From Octopus vulgaris (taxonomy: Eukaryota): a DNA stretch of 64,000 bases. The position numbers and the translations under genes were made by a program. Below, piece after piece: positions 27,826 to 40,945 of the stretch. Every line of letters begins with the position of its first letter. Positions within the stretch are counted from its first letter, which is position 1. The DNA is taken from positions 11,532,001 to 11,596,000 of the forward strand of contig OX597825.1 of the NCBI GenBank assembly GCA_951406725.2, written 5' to 3'. The notes beneath the pieces are model-generated. The model made no database searches. It saw nothing but the letters and a program-made list of their open reading frames with translations, and was not told where the DNA came from.

Positions 27826-30514
27826 ATAAAAGGTAAATATTATTTGATACAGGTAAATATTATCTAGTAATATTACTAGAAGAAATGGCAGAAAAGATGA
27901 TGGAAAGATTAGGAGTTAATTGAGGATGCAAGGATATTGAAAGAGTTAACAAAAATTATAAAAATTATGAAAAAAACAAAGCGAAAAGCAAAAACAGAAA
28001 AACATTGGGAAAAAAAAACTGGGGAAAGATGCTATTTAGCCCATCCCTCTAATTCAGCACCCCTGCTACTTTATCTCTTATATTATATAAATTTTTATCT
28101 TTAATTTTCCCATTTTTGTTCCTATTAATTCATCATATGTTATTCCTGAACAGCTTGACATCCTTTATGTATCTAAGGTTTCATCTTTCAATGCGCTCAA
28201 TGTATGATTTCCTTAAGAAGCACGGATGTGAACTGAGGAAGGTTTTACAATGTAAAAAATATACTTCATCCCATAGAATACAAACGTACGTTATTTTAAA
28301 CTTCTTTCAATTATCTTATATTCCGAGAATACATTCGTAACTCTAGGTGAATCTATTTAATTTGACATTTTTATACAGCTGCTGTTATGTATAATGTATT
28401 ATTTTAATGTCAAAACACAGACAAATATTTGTTACTCACCGTTCCAACGATTATTTGTCCTTAGACATAATTTATCGAAGTCTAGAGGTCTAGAGGTCAA
28501 ATCACCAATACATCCCTTATTCACTCCCTGATATGTTGTTTTGAGATATGATGTGGAAACTATTGTTTTAAATAAAATATTTTATCAGAGACGAACATCT
28601 ATGAATCTTCTTTTGAAAACGTTAAATTTCACTTTATCTTATGGTACACAACTTCTTTGTGGATTTGAAATTCGAAAATTAAAAGCAAAGGTCAAATTGT
28701 ATTATTATTAACCATTGTTTCATAAACTTTTCAAACACATTTTTTCTGCAATTCATATTCATATCATATTTATATTATTTTGTAATTTATTCAATAAGAA
28801 ACTTTTAGTGTCACTAAACTACGTCTTTCTGAAATAATTATTGAATTTGATATAATATCTATTACATTGGAATGCGCAGAAATGAGTCGCAGAACAAATA
28901 TAGAGAAGTGAAATGAAGAAAGAATAAATAAGATATTCTACCAAACTATTTTCATCTCAAATTTTAATTTAAAATATGCACCCCCCCCCCCCAAAAAAAA
29001 CTGTAAAATATCATAAACGAAACGCTGCTGCTTTAACGTTATTTCAATTATTTCATAATACAAGAATAGTTTCACACCTTTGGCAATGCGTTTCGATTCG
29101 ATATTTGACTACAGTTGGAGATATGTGGAATGCATTCATATAAAGTAACAAATGATTGTTACTCAACAACACGGTAGCAATTAATTATCTTTGGACAACT
29201 TTTATTGCATCCTGTGGAATCTGTGTAGGAGGAATTATCAAGAACATGAATGAAGTTGTTCAACTTTTTGTTTTGTTCCCTTTGTTTGGAATTAAAAAAA
29301 AAATTGCTCATTTTGTATTTCAAGTAGTCTAACGAGGAATACATTATCCAGTGTATCCTTTCTTTTTAAGACCGTTGAGTTTAATCTAAGGGTGACTTAG
29401 CTGCTATTTTTAGAAGGTCCAGTGATCTCACGGAACTTTCTCTCTTATCTATGGAAATATGGAAATTGCAATGTCGCTTATTTCCTATTAACTATACATC
29501 AACTCAATTAAATCTTTATTCAAAACATCACATTTTCTCGTCCTCTTTTCTTTTCTCAGATAATTACACACAATCATTTTCTATTTCATTTCTTCTTTGC
29601 GTAACTTCAGAAACCCATAATTCCTTCTAACAGCACCAGTAATATAGATTAAAGATGCAATTACATTACTGTCATATACATTTATTTTATTCAACTGCTG
29701 GAAACACTGTACAAATAACGATTCAACAGATGGCACCTTAATATATAATTTCTGTACAAATCACTTGTCATAAAAAGGGGTTAACAAGCCCCCCGTATAC
29801 CATCTGAACACTGAGGAAAAGGAAGAATTCTCATTGAGCTTCATCTACAGCCTATTTATCATAGCAGCATGGAATAAAATCACCTCATTAATTTTCTAAT
29901 AACTTTTGTAGAATGCATTAATGTTACAAATTCTTTCAGACCGCCTTCTAAGTAGCTAAAGATTAATACTTTTGCAAAGAGCAATGAAATATTTCTGCTC
30001 GAGTACCAAAACCTCTTAATATCACAATGGTGATAGTGATTACTTGATGACATTACGTGAACTTGAGATATTGTAAATCTAAATTATATTTAAGATAATT
30101 GAACATGTTTTTGCGTGTGTGTGAGGTGAGTAGTGCGCAGAATGAAAGGGAAAATAATAAAGAATAGAAACGTACACGAAATGACCATTTATTAAAAGAG
30201 AACATTAAAACATTGATAACTATAATTACAAATATACTTTAGCTGAAGCATTTTGCTGTAACTAGAAAACGTAAAAATGAAGATAAAAATCATGTTATAA
30301 TTTGTTAACCATTTCACAACGGTTTATCAAATATGGTAATTTTAAGGATATTATAGTCATAAAGTTCCTTTATCTATCTGAGACTGTGTGGATTCTGTCT
30401 TGGCAAAATAAACCGCTTCTTTGAGAAGAATGCAAATTTTGTATCAAAGACCATTTCACCAGCTATCGCTACACTCTCTGTTATAACATTTCTGATGTAT
30501 AATTATGCTTACCG

Positions 30515-30935
30515 GTTTCTTTCCTGCCCACAAGGGGCTAAATATAGAGAGGACAAACAAGGACAGAAAAACGGATTAAGTCGATTATATCGACTCCAGT
30601 GCGTAACTGGTACTTATTTAATCGACCCCGAAAGGATGAAAGGGAAAGTCGAGATCGGAGGAATTTGAACTCAGAACGTAACGGCAGATGAAATACCTAT
30701 TTCTTTATTACCCACAAGGGGACAAACAAGGAGAGAGTGGACAAACAAGGACAGACAAACGGATTAAGTCAATTAGATTGACCCCAGTGCGTAACTGGTA
30801 CTTATTTAATCGACCCCGAAAGGATGAAAGGCAAAGTCGACCTCGGCGGAATTTGAACTCAGAACGTAACGGCAGACGAAATACCGCTAAGCATTTCGCC
30901 CGGCGCGATAACGTTTCTGCCAGTTCGCCGCTTTA
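30515..30935 (-). mobile_element. SINE family A head-to-tail dimer with a 43-bp flanking direct repeat
   Basis: Two body units with one tRNA head; direct repeats at 30471-30513 and 30936-30978 (5 mismatches). Confidence 0.9.
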
Positions 30936-31603
30936 ACACTCTCTGCTATAACATTCCCGTTGTATAATTTTGCTTACCTAGCTAGATACAAAATGTCACA
31001 CTACCGTCTTACAAAAAAAGGTAGGTTGCAGTTGACAATGTACTGCTAGATATATAACAAGAAATTGCCTACGTAACAGTTTCCTTAGAAGTTCAGTAGA
31101 GAAAAGATACCGATCTTCTGTTCAAATAGCTATAACTTACTAATCTCCCTATGGACAGATTTGTGTATTGATTTCTGATGAAGGGCTAAGAAAGCAAGGA
31201 AGGAGACCATGGCGTGTTGTATATTTGGTTATAAATTGTCTTCAAAAAACTAGAAAGAAAGGAGAGAGGGAAAAGGAGAGGGAGAGAAAGAGAGAGCGCC
31301 ATAGTGATTTCATGGCAAGATAAAATCTGTGACCGAACAAATTTATTTAGTTTCCACAGCTACGATGAAATAGTATTTCTATTTCAAAACTTAAAGCGTA
31401 TATTTCAAGTATTCCTGAACATTGTTCAGTGTACAGTATATACAGACTTACATAAATACATGTAGGCATACACACGTATATTCAAACATACATACATACA
31501 TACATACATACATACATACATACATACATACATACATACATAACAAGAGCAGCAAGAAACTCTGCTATCGTACTGAGTACTTTTTGTTCGGTCACGTGAC
31601 ACT

Positions 31604-31646
<43 letters not shown>

Positions 31647-31939
31647 CAACCAAGTTATATGCACTTATATATGGATTTGCTGGTGACTTTTATACACACA
31701 CACACACGTATATATGTATACGTTATAGCATTATATATATATATGTATGTAAATATATTATGTATAGATATATACGTGTGTGTGTGTATAAAACAGTCAC
31801 AAGCATATCCAAATATAAGTGCATATACCTTGGTTGTATGGAAGCGGTCTTATGTAATTAACTCCTACTACAGCTCCTGACACACTAATGCGTTGAGAGT
31901 GAATCTGTAGCATGAAAAATTGCGCAGCAGACTACGTAT

Positions 31940-32485
31940 ATATGTGGAACCTTCCATCTCCGTTGATGAGAAGACACGGTGAAAGGTGTTCACAACTTCT
32001 CCCATCTGAGTAGATCAATAAATCGTCACTGCTTCCTCGACGAGGAAATATATCTCCGACTCAAAAAGCCATGGACGTATTTTCTGCTCTTCAAAATCTC
32101 CTGTAGTCTCAGAAAGACCTGAAATGGAAAAAGAAGGGAGATAACTAGTCTATAAGCTTGTGTTCTTGCAAACCTTCTTTACTCTTGTGAGACCAGGGTG
32201 GTTTAATGAAAATATTTAAACTTACTGTAATGCTTCTTGCTGCGCTACATGAGAGCAGTCTTGGACATTCATTGCATCTCACATGTTCCAGACGTAGAGG
32301 TAGTGGAAAGAGCTGATACACTCAGCATAGAATCTTCATATATGCAAGCACTACTTTCATTAGGAAGAATATCTAATACGGTTGAACGATACTCGAATCA
32401 CCAAGCAGATGCTTTACGAAGTGCTGGCTGAAGAAGAAAGGCTTCAGCAAAAACATAAGATGCGTTTCAAGGACAGTGCTGAAAC
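31940..32485 (+). pseudogene. RTE-clade LINE 3' ORF remnant
   Basis: ACVLANLLYSCET, DVEVVERADTLSIES and TKQMLYEVLAEEERLQQKHKMRFKD (compare [15 protein letters not shown]..KRFKD). Confidence 0.75.
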
Positions 32486-32584
32486 CGGTATGGCATTTTA
32501 TTAAATACGAAAACACATATAAAAATACTATGCGTTCCCAATTTACACGCATTCGATTATTAATCTGTATCTGGTTTACTTAGA

Positions 32585-32883
32585 ATTATTTGATGTTCGA
32601 ATATATTTTGAAATAATATCGGAAAGCTATCGAGAAAATTTTTTAATCTCTTTCTTTCTTTTTGTTGAAATAATCGTGGGAGCGATGGGCATATAAACAG
32701 TTACATCAACGTCGCTTTTCATATCTAATTTTTTGGCATTCGTTGAAATAAGTAAAGAGTGAACCAGAAACGAAAGACATTTTTAAATGTGTCATTCACA
32801 TCATATTTTTTTAAAAGTTGAGATAAGAATTTTCTTGATAGCTTTCGTATTATATTTCAAAATATATTCAAAATTTAGATAAT
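32585..32883. mobile_element. Old MITE-like element with ~65-bp diverged TIRs
   Basis: GAATATATTTTGAAATAATATCGGAAAGCTATCGAGAAAATT matches the reverse complement of AATTTTCTTGATAGCTTTCGTATTATATTTCAAAATATATTC. Confidence 0.7.
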
Positions 32884-32991
32884 CAAGTTTCCAAGCTGAG
32901 GGAGCGGTAACATGAAACGCACAGAACAGGTTATTTTGTGCCTATCACTTATAATGAACACGCTCTTTCTCCTACTTCCATATGCTCATAA

Positions 32992-33470
<479 letters not shown>

Positions 33471-33614
33471 ATGTATATAATAAGTATATGGGCTGTAGCC
33501 ATCAAGGTTGGCTTTTGTAGTTCACGGAGACTGGAGTTACCACGGAGTAACTTACTATACTTCTCAGATCACGCACCAATTACAACTGGTATTATCGTAG
33601 TACTAAGCTTCTAC

Positions 33615-33838
33615 TGATGCTCTCCCACTTCTATTGCCCGGGATCAGAGATGCTAATATTGTCGGCCACTAAGGGACATGCTCAACATGTTAAGGTCAAA
33701 CAACTGACAAGCAATTATGTGGTATTGAGCAGAATATTTCCTGTAGCCCATCTTTTACACGAAGATAAAACAATGTACATGATAACACTTCCAATAAGTT
33801 AAGATGAGAAGCCATGAGAGCCACTGCATCAATGCATT
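33615..33838 (+). mobile_element. Truncated, diverged copy of the (ATT)n-associated element, followed by (ATT)n at 33838-33992
   Basis: Aligns to about 17478-17710 (GATCAGAGATGC...AAGGGACATGCTCAAC...GAAGCCATGAGAGCCACTGC). Confidence 0.8.
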
Positions 33839-33843
33839 TATTA

Positions 33844-33904
<61 letters not shown>

Positions 33905-33915
33905 CATTATTATTA

Positions 33916-33988
<73 letters not shown>

Positions 33989-33995
33989 CATTACC

Positions 33996-34212
33996 AAGGC
34001 AGCGAGCTGGCAGAATCGTTAGCACGCTGGATGAAATGCTTAGCGGTATTTCGTCCGTCATTACGTTCTGAGTTCAAATTCCGCCGAGGTCGACTTTGCC
34101 TTTCATTCTTTCGGGGTCGATAAATTAAGTACCAGTGAAACATTGGGGTCGATATAATCGACTTATTTCCTCCCATAAAAAATGGCCGCCCTTGTGGCAA
34201 AAGTTGAAAGCA
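33996..34212 (+). mobile_element. SINE family A (variant tail)
   Basis: AAGGCAGCGAGCTGGCAGAATCGTTAGCACG...GTCGACTTTGCCTTTCAT. Confidence 0.85.
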
Positions 34213-34229
34213 TTATTATTGTTGTTCTT

Positions 34230-34855
34230 AAGGCAGCGAGCTGGCAGAATGTTTAGCACGGACAAAATGCTTAGCGACATTTCGCTTCTAGGCATCTTTA
34301 CGTTCTGAGTTCAAATTCTCCCGAGCCAACTTTTCTTTTCATGCTTTTGCGGTCGATAAAATAAGTGATAGATGATGGAAGCACTCCGTCGGTTACGACG
34401 ACGTGGGTTCCGGTTGATCCGAATCAACGGAACACCCTGCTCGTGAAATTAACGTGCAAGTAGCTGAGAACTCCACAGACACGTGTACCCTTAACGTAGT
34501 TCTCGGGGATATTCAGCGTGACACAGATAGTGACAAGGCCGGCCCTTTGAAATACAGGTACAACAGAAACAGGAAGTAAGAGTGAGAGAAAGTTGTGGTG
34601 AAAGAGTACAGCAGGGATCACCACCATCCCCTGCCGGAGCCTCGTGGAGCTTTTAGGTGTTTTCGCTCAATAAACACTCACACATGCCCGGTCTGGGAAT
34701 CGAAACCGCGATCCTATGACCGCGAGTCCGCTGCCCTAACCACTGGGCCATTGCGCCTCCACCGATAAAATAAGTACCTGTTGAACGTTGGAGTCGATGT
34801 AATCAACTATCCCTTTCCCCGAAATTGATGGCATTATGCCAAAATTTGAAACCGT
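34230..34855 (+). mobile_element. Older SINE family A copy interrupted by a SINE B insertion
   Basis: The family A head and body run to 34366 and resume after the nested element at 34763. Confidence 0.8.
34367..34762 (-). mobile_element. SINE family B nested in SINE A, 13-bp TSD
   Basis: CGATAAAATAAGT at 34354-66 and 34763-75. Confidence 0.9.
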
Positions 34856-35098
34856 TATCATTGGTATTGCTGTTGTTGTTGTTGTTGTGTATTACTAAGA
34901 CGACGTATTCTGAACGTTCTGTGAGTTTTTGGTTTGTTTTCATTGTCATAAGTCTATTTTTGTTTCCTTATTTTTCGGTATAGTCTGTCGTGTTTGAAGC
35001 AAACTGCAATGGCCCGAGCAAAATTTATTCTTATCTGCCGTAAGGGACGACATTTCGTAAAGAAAATATTTCTTTTTGAAATATCGAAAAAATTTAAT

Positions 35099-35413
35099 AT
35101 GGCGTCATCTTCGTCGCTAAACCAAAAAGAGAGGAAAGTGGGATGTGGTTCGGAAGGCGAAATTTTCTATCACAGCCAGTTCCCTCCGGCTAATCTAATG
35201 AACATGGAAAGAAGTACTAGCAGTAGAATCAAAAGCAAAAATACAAACAGCAGCAAGAACAGCAACAGTGGAATCACCACCACCAACACCGAGAAAAGCA
35301 ATGCCGACCAACGCAGCAACGACGAAGAAGAAACTCAAGAAAAAGAAAAGACAAATTCTTCACACAAAACCTGTGCAAATTCAATGAACGCCACTACAAT
35401 CTATCGTTATTAA
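35099..35413 (+). other. Non-microsatellite low-complexity ORF (MASSSSLNQKERK...), possibly a decayed retroelement ORF1 start or an exon
   Basis: AATATGGCG start context, S/T/N/E/K-rich 104-aa frame, and coding-like but stop-interrupted sequence continuing to ~35600. No family recognised. Confidence 0.25.
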
Positions 35414-35609
35414 CGCTAATACCGTCGTCTAAAACAACTAAGACCACGAATGAAGCGCTAACGCTTTCGACGCTACGATGCGAGAAGCACAAGAAGATCT
35501 AAAGCTGCCAATTGATGATTTAAAAAATGCAAGAAACATGTGATAAAGAAATGGGAGAAGGGTTACTCTTAACACTACCGAATCTATTGTAGAGGAAACA
35601 CATAGAAAG

Positions 35610-35990
35610 AAAATCTGATGTTGTCTGCGTGTGGCAGGTTTGGCAGCCTTCAACTAACACTATCTCCTCCGAAACCCTGCGGCTCGAGTTGACCAAAATT
35701 CAGAGTATGATAGAAGAAGGCTTGCTCTTCCTTCCGTAGAAGAAGAACTTCAAATCGGACCATGTTAACACCAAAAATTATTTACATCAAAAAGGTGCTT
35801 TTTTTTCTATGAAAGTCCCAAATTTTTACGAATTTTTGACTGCTGTGTCTCCATTTTTCGGTGCATTTCAACCAGAAAAATGTTTACTTAAAGAGAATAA
35901 CAAGCTCCATAATGCAAAATTTTTACTCTTCAAAAATTTCAATTCCAAAGGGTCGAAACAAACCCGAGCAACACCGGGCGATACTGCTAG
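35610..35990 (+). mobile_element. Non-autonomous Helitron, second subfamily, 5' end degraded
   Basis: Ends CCCGAGCAACACCGGGCGATACTGCTAG, the same 3' terminus as 1282-1670, with a different body. Confidence 0.75.
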
Positions 35991-36386
35991 TCTTTATATA
36001 TAAAAGTGAGGTTGTATGCTGTCTGTCTCCTACGATTCAGATTCCTAACTACTCCTACATTTTGCGGTGCAGTTTAACCAAAACCGGGTATCTTATAGTC
36101 GTGATTCATATCGAGCCCTTCTGGGTATTAGCGCGCATCTACGATGAGTCTACGATTTAAAAGAAAAATTACCATCAATTTTTCCCATTTTTAATGCATT
36201 TTTGGTATATATAAGGGAGGTAACTCTCTAAAAATTTATTATTAAATCTCAGAACCTAAAAAGCTACAGTTACACCCCACCTTTGTGGTTAGCCACATTG
36301 AGATGGCTATTATACTTTACATCTCTAAAAATGCTTTTATAGTTATTTCCCTTACAAACCCGAGCAACGCCGGGCGATACTGCTAG
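35991..36386 (+). mobile_element. Non-autonomous Helitron, same family as 1282-1670
   Basis: TCTTTATATATAAAAG... to CCCGAGCAACGCCGGGCGATACTGCTAG followed by T. Confidence 0.85.
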
Positions 36387-36983
36387 TAATTTATAAAATA
36401 GGAATAAAAAGTTGTAAACTTGAACGTGCGACGCAGCAAGAAAGTGAAAAGTGTCTAAGACCGGCATGGGACACAAAAGCGTTCGTTGCAAGGAAGAAGT
36501 AATATGGCACTGTAGAGATGTGACATGCCACATAGTAGAGGCAAGGAAACAAATTTTATCATTCTCACTCTTTTGTTTACCTGCTTTATTCTTATACTAT
36601 AATCCCACTTTATTTCTATTGTATTGTTCCTAGTGTGTATTTGTGAACACTCAGTGGTAAACAAGGAAAATGTTATTGTTGCCATTGTTGTTGTTGTTGT
36701 TGTAAATGTGCACATTCTCTGTAAAAGAGTCACGGTAAACAGATTTTTACTTACTCTCGCCACGTACGTATATGCAATGTGAAAAGAAGCTACAAGAAAG
36801 AAAATTACATAAAACACAAAAAACAACAATAAAAAAAAAATAAAAAGGAAATAAGAAATCTCCAAGAATATTTCTATTCATATTTATTCTTTTAGTTAAG
36901 TGTACACGTTTTAAAACTCATTATTTCTGGCATTAAATAACATCTCCAGGGATATGATGGAAATTATTTATCACTTAACGTCA

Positions 36984-37462
36984 ATTATGATTTACATTGT
37001 CACTCTTTCACCTCTGTCTATGTACGTACGTATGTATGTATGTATATATGTATGTATGTATGTACGTATGTATGTATGTACGTATGTATGCATGTATGCA
37101 TATACGTATGTATGTATGAATGTATGTATGTATATGTAGGTGTGTAGACACACACACACATATATATATATATGTATATATATAAATATGTATATATACA
37201 TATATATAGATATGCATATATATCAATGTGTTTTATATATATGATATAATATAATTTATAATATAATATGATATATATATATAACATATTATTTTATATC
37301 ATATATATAAAACACATTGATATATATGCATCATATTTATACATGTATATACATATATGTGTATATATATATATATATACACACATACAAACATTCATAC
37401 TTAGATACATACATACGTACATACATAAACATAGGTGAAAGAGTGACAGTGTAATTCATAAT
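36984..37462. repeat. ~480-bp fold-back inverted duplication
   Basis: Outer arms ATTATGATTTACATTGTCACTCTTTCACCT and AGGTGAAAGAGTGACAGTGTAATTCATAAT; inner perfect ~38-bp arms ATGCATATATATCAATGTGTTTTATATATATGATATAA. Confidence 0.85.
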
Positions 37463-38184
37463 ATATATATATATATATATATATACAAATGTATACGTAA
37501 ATGTATACGCATACACACAAATATGTATGTGTAGAGACACAGAGTAAGTCACGCGGCGTGTGTATATATATGTGTTTGTGTTGGGGTGGATAAAGTATGT
37601 GAGCATTCAAGTTTGATTGGAATTCAGAACGAGTGTGTTTGGAAATTCGCGCAGTTTCGTCTGCTTCTATATTTTCTATATTTAAATCTGTTAATATCTT
37701 ATGAAGTAAATATAGTGTGACATCTGGATGCGAATACAGAGAAACTGATATTAAAAAAAATAATGATACATAAAATAGAGGAGGGCAAGAGTTAACATTG
37801 TTACAGTGTGAGGTGTAAGCGAGTAAGAGAGATAGATAAGGAGGGGAAAGAGCGGGAGAGATAGGGAATGTGTGAGTCTGTGTGTGGGAGTTAAAAATAG
37901 AGAAGTAGCGAAGGTGACGGAAAGACGAAATCAAAACAAAAGATGAAGGACGGAATATAGAAGATAATATATAATTTGAAAACTTCTGTGATTTTGAAAA
38001 TTCCATTGTTATGATTCTATAAATATTAAGAAGAAAGATGTATCATAGACAATGAAAAAAAAATCGACAAAAACAAAACAAAACTTAAATGAATTTATAT
38101 CTGCGTATATATGTATGTGTGTATGCATGTGTATGTATATATTTATCTATTTCTGTATATATATATATATATATATATATCTAT

Positions 38185-38222
<38 letters not shown>

Positions 38223-38227
38223 TAATA

Positions 38228-38288
<61 letters not shown>

Positions 38289-38559
38289 GTACATATATGT
38301 ACATATATGTACATATATGTATATATGCAGATATGTATATTGTGTGTACATACATAAACACACATATATATATACATACACACGCATATACAAATACACA
38401 CATATACATAACATAACCGTTTTGTAGTTCGCTTGAAGCATTGTAATAGAGAAGTAGAATGATGAATGAAACGATATATAAAGACTGCTTCTAATAAAGC
38501 AGAAACTTATATTTCGAGTGCGAGGGCCTCTCCTCATAAGGATACAGTCAAGGAAATGT

Positions 38560-38626
38560 GTATTTACAAAGATGCTGCCACTAAAGGGTCGAAACAAACC
38601 CGTGCAACACTGGGCGATACTGCTAG
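38560..38626 (+). mobile_element. Helitron 3' terminus
   Basis: AAAGGGTCGAAACAAACCCGTGCAACACTGGGCGATACTGCTAG then T, matching 35947-35990; 5' boundary not resolved. Confidence 0.75.
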
Positions 38627-39606
38627 TTTATAATAAAGCTAACTCAAGTACAGAACGTATAAATATATGATTATTTCGAGTTGCCAATTCGTAGGCAATG
38701 AATGTATTTCTACAAAAGCTGAAGAGTGATTTACATAAGCTTTTAAAGTGTTTGTGCCTTGAGTTTTGAGATGGATTCTGATTATTTTAATTTTCCTGAT
38801 ATTGAAGAATTCAATACCAGAGATTTGATAAATTTTCAGATTGATAGTTAAATAAGAATAAATAAGATATAAATATTAGCAGTAACTTCTGAACAAATAA
38901 AATAAAACTTCATATCTGTTAAACTTCATATGCCGAAAACATTTTCGGTATATTTCTGTGTTGAGCAGGACACCATTCCATATAAGATTTATCAGATTTT
39001 GCGAATAGATGTCATTAGAAAACAAAAACAAGTCTCTAAGAATATCAACTATCGCCATTTTTTATCGCAAAAAATATTTTCAATGCTAGGTTTTAGTGTG
39101 AATCGAAGCATAGTTTTATCAGTCGATATCGTATTTCGAAAACGGAAAAGTGGTTGCATAACTTATCTATTATACGGTTCATTAGAAAGACTATCTTATT
39201 CTATCATAAATGTTCTGGGAATTTTATCGGTGAAGAAAATTTTAGCGTATCAACTTATGCTTATGTTATTCCAAGAGAAGAAGTTAGTATATTTTACATG
39301 AAGAGAGAGATAATCAATGTGAAAAAAAAAAAGGAGAAAGTATTTGCGTTCGACCCTGAGTGAATACACGTATACGAGGTGTAAAAAGATTTACTTTGAA
39401 CCAGTTCACCAGTATATCGATCCTGGAAAAATCCCGATATATACGAACATGGATGAATTTTCTAGGCTCATTACTAAAATGAAAATCATATGATAAATAT
39501 GCAAATGCACATTTAACGCTGATTGGAGAAGTTGATTTATTTTCAAAAGCCAAGGGAGTATGTTCAATGAGTCATTGACACTTGGCGAAGCTATTCTGAA
39601 TATAAA

Positions 39607-39657
<51 letters not shown>

Positions 39658-39744
39658 GATAAAATCAATATCAGAATTTATCGAGTAGCCAGCGTGAAAA
39701 ACCAGTTAAGGGAAAAATTTATACAAAATATATATTCCCTTTAA

Positions 39745-40013
39745 ATACATTTATTATATTAAAGGCATTTACTACACGTAAATGCCTCACACTATAAGGA
39801 ACACTTAAAGTCAAAACTACTTTAGTTAATATACAGTGTACCTACACCGAAAGAATGCAACTTGGAAGTCGTCTTTTAAAAACGGAATGCAACTTCTAAA
39901 TTGCATTTCCTCGCTGTCGGTATAGTGTATATTTATTAAATTAGTTTTGACTTTAAGAGTTTTGACTTTATAGCGTGAGGCATTTATGAGTAGTAATACC
40001 CTTAATATAATAA

Positions 40014-40019
<6 letters not shown>
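39745..40019. repeat. ~275-bp diverged palindrome ending at (TA)n
   Basis: ATACATTTATTATATTAAAGG...AAATGCCTCAC...TTAAAGTCAAAACTA pairs with TAGTTTTGACTTTAA...GTGAGGCATTT...CCTTAATATAATAAATGTAT; centre near TTTTAAAA. Confidence 0.8.
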
Positions 40020-40055
<36 letters not shown>

Positions 40056-40134
40056 AATTAACCACACATACACACAATTACACACACATATTGACACACA
40101 AACACATGCATACATATATTCCTTTATATATACG

Positions 40135-40165
<31 letters not shown>

Positions 40166-40734
40166 TATGGTGGACTGGCGTGTCGAATACGATGTGTAAG
40201 TGTTCAGCGAGAAGGCAGAAGAAAATGCAACTGAATAGACAATCGACAACCACACTCACATTAATATTCCTGCTATTCAGCAATGTCTACAATAATTCAT
40301 TCACCTCACCTCACCTCGTGAATCCTTGAATCCTCATATAATTCCTCAGGCTACTAAAAGCTATATGGATACGAGCACGACTTAGTACTCGAGCGCGTGA
40401 TCCACTTGAGAAATACGAATCCCCGTAACTTAAATCCGGCAAAATGAGCTCGAGGGATGTACTGGGGTGGATTTAATCAACCAAACATTGCAAGGTGGTA
40501 TGCCAGAATGGTCACAACGAAGATTAAAGCAAGCAAATAAAAGAATATATACGTACACAAAACCACAGACCTGGACCCGAAATGTTTGGAAGTACGTTTC
40601 GAGACAGGCGGGCAGTCTTCCATTTTTTTTACATTCAAAAGTGTTTTAATTTTGTTCATGGTATTATTAACAGGTTTACCAACTTCGAGCTCCCTCGTTA
40701 AATATGACTTACTCCATATTTCTCAATAGTTCAA

Positions 40735-40945
40735 ATTTATACAAAACAAAAGACGAATACAGGTGAAGGAACAACAAGCAGTGTTTAGTTTAAAGCTCGG
40801 GAAGAATGGAAAAAATCTTCAATGTTTCGAGCCTACGCTCTTCGACATAAAGGATTGAGAAAGGGGAAAACGGAGAGAGAATGATAAACAAGATACGGAG
40901 AGAAAAAAAATTGTATAGGTATTAACAGTTCAACACGATGATATG
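40735..40945 (-). mobile_element. Penelope-like pLTR fragment (family of 1118-1281) with a degraded hammerhead-like motif
   Basis: Minus strand 40820-40848 reads ATGTCGA-A-GAGC-GTAG-GCTC-GAAAC-ATT. Confidence 0.6.

Noticed and set aside
28440-28529. Possible minus-strand exon with a GTGAGT donor
   Set aside because: The acceptor lacks a pyrimidine tract and the peptide is unrecognisable.
29156-29331. Hydrophobic plus-strand frame (LWTTFIASCGICVGGIIKNMNEVVQLF) vaguely like a transporter helix
   Set aside because: Bounded by stops and without a convincing acceptor or donor; the resemblance is too weak without a search.
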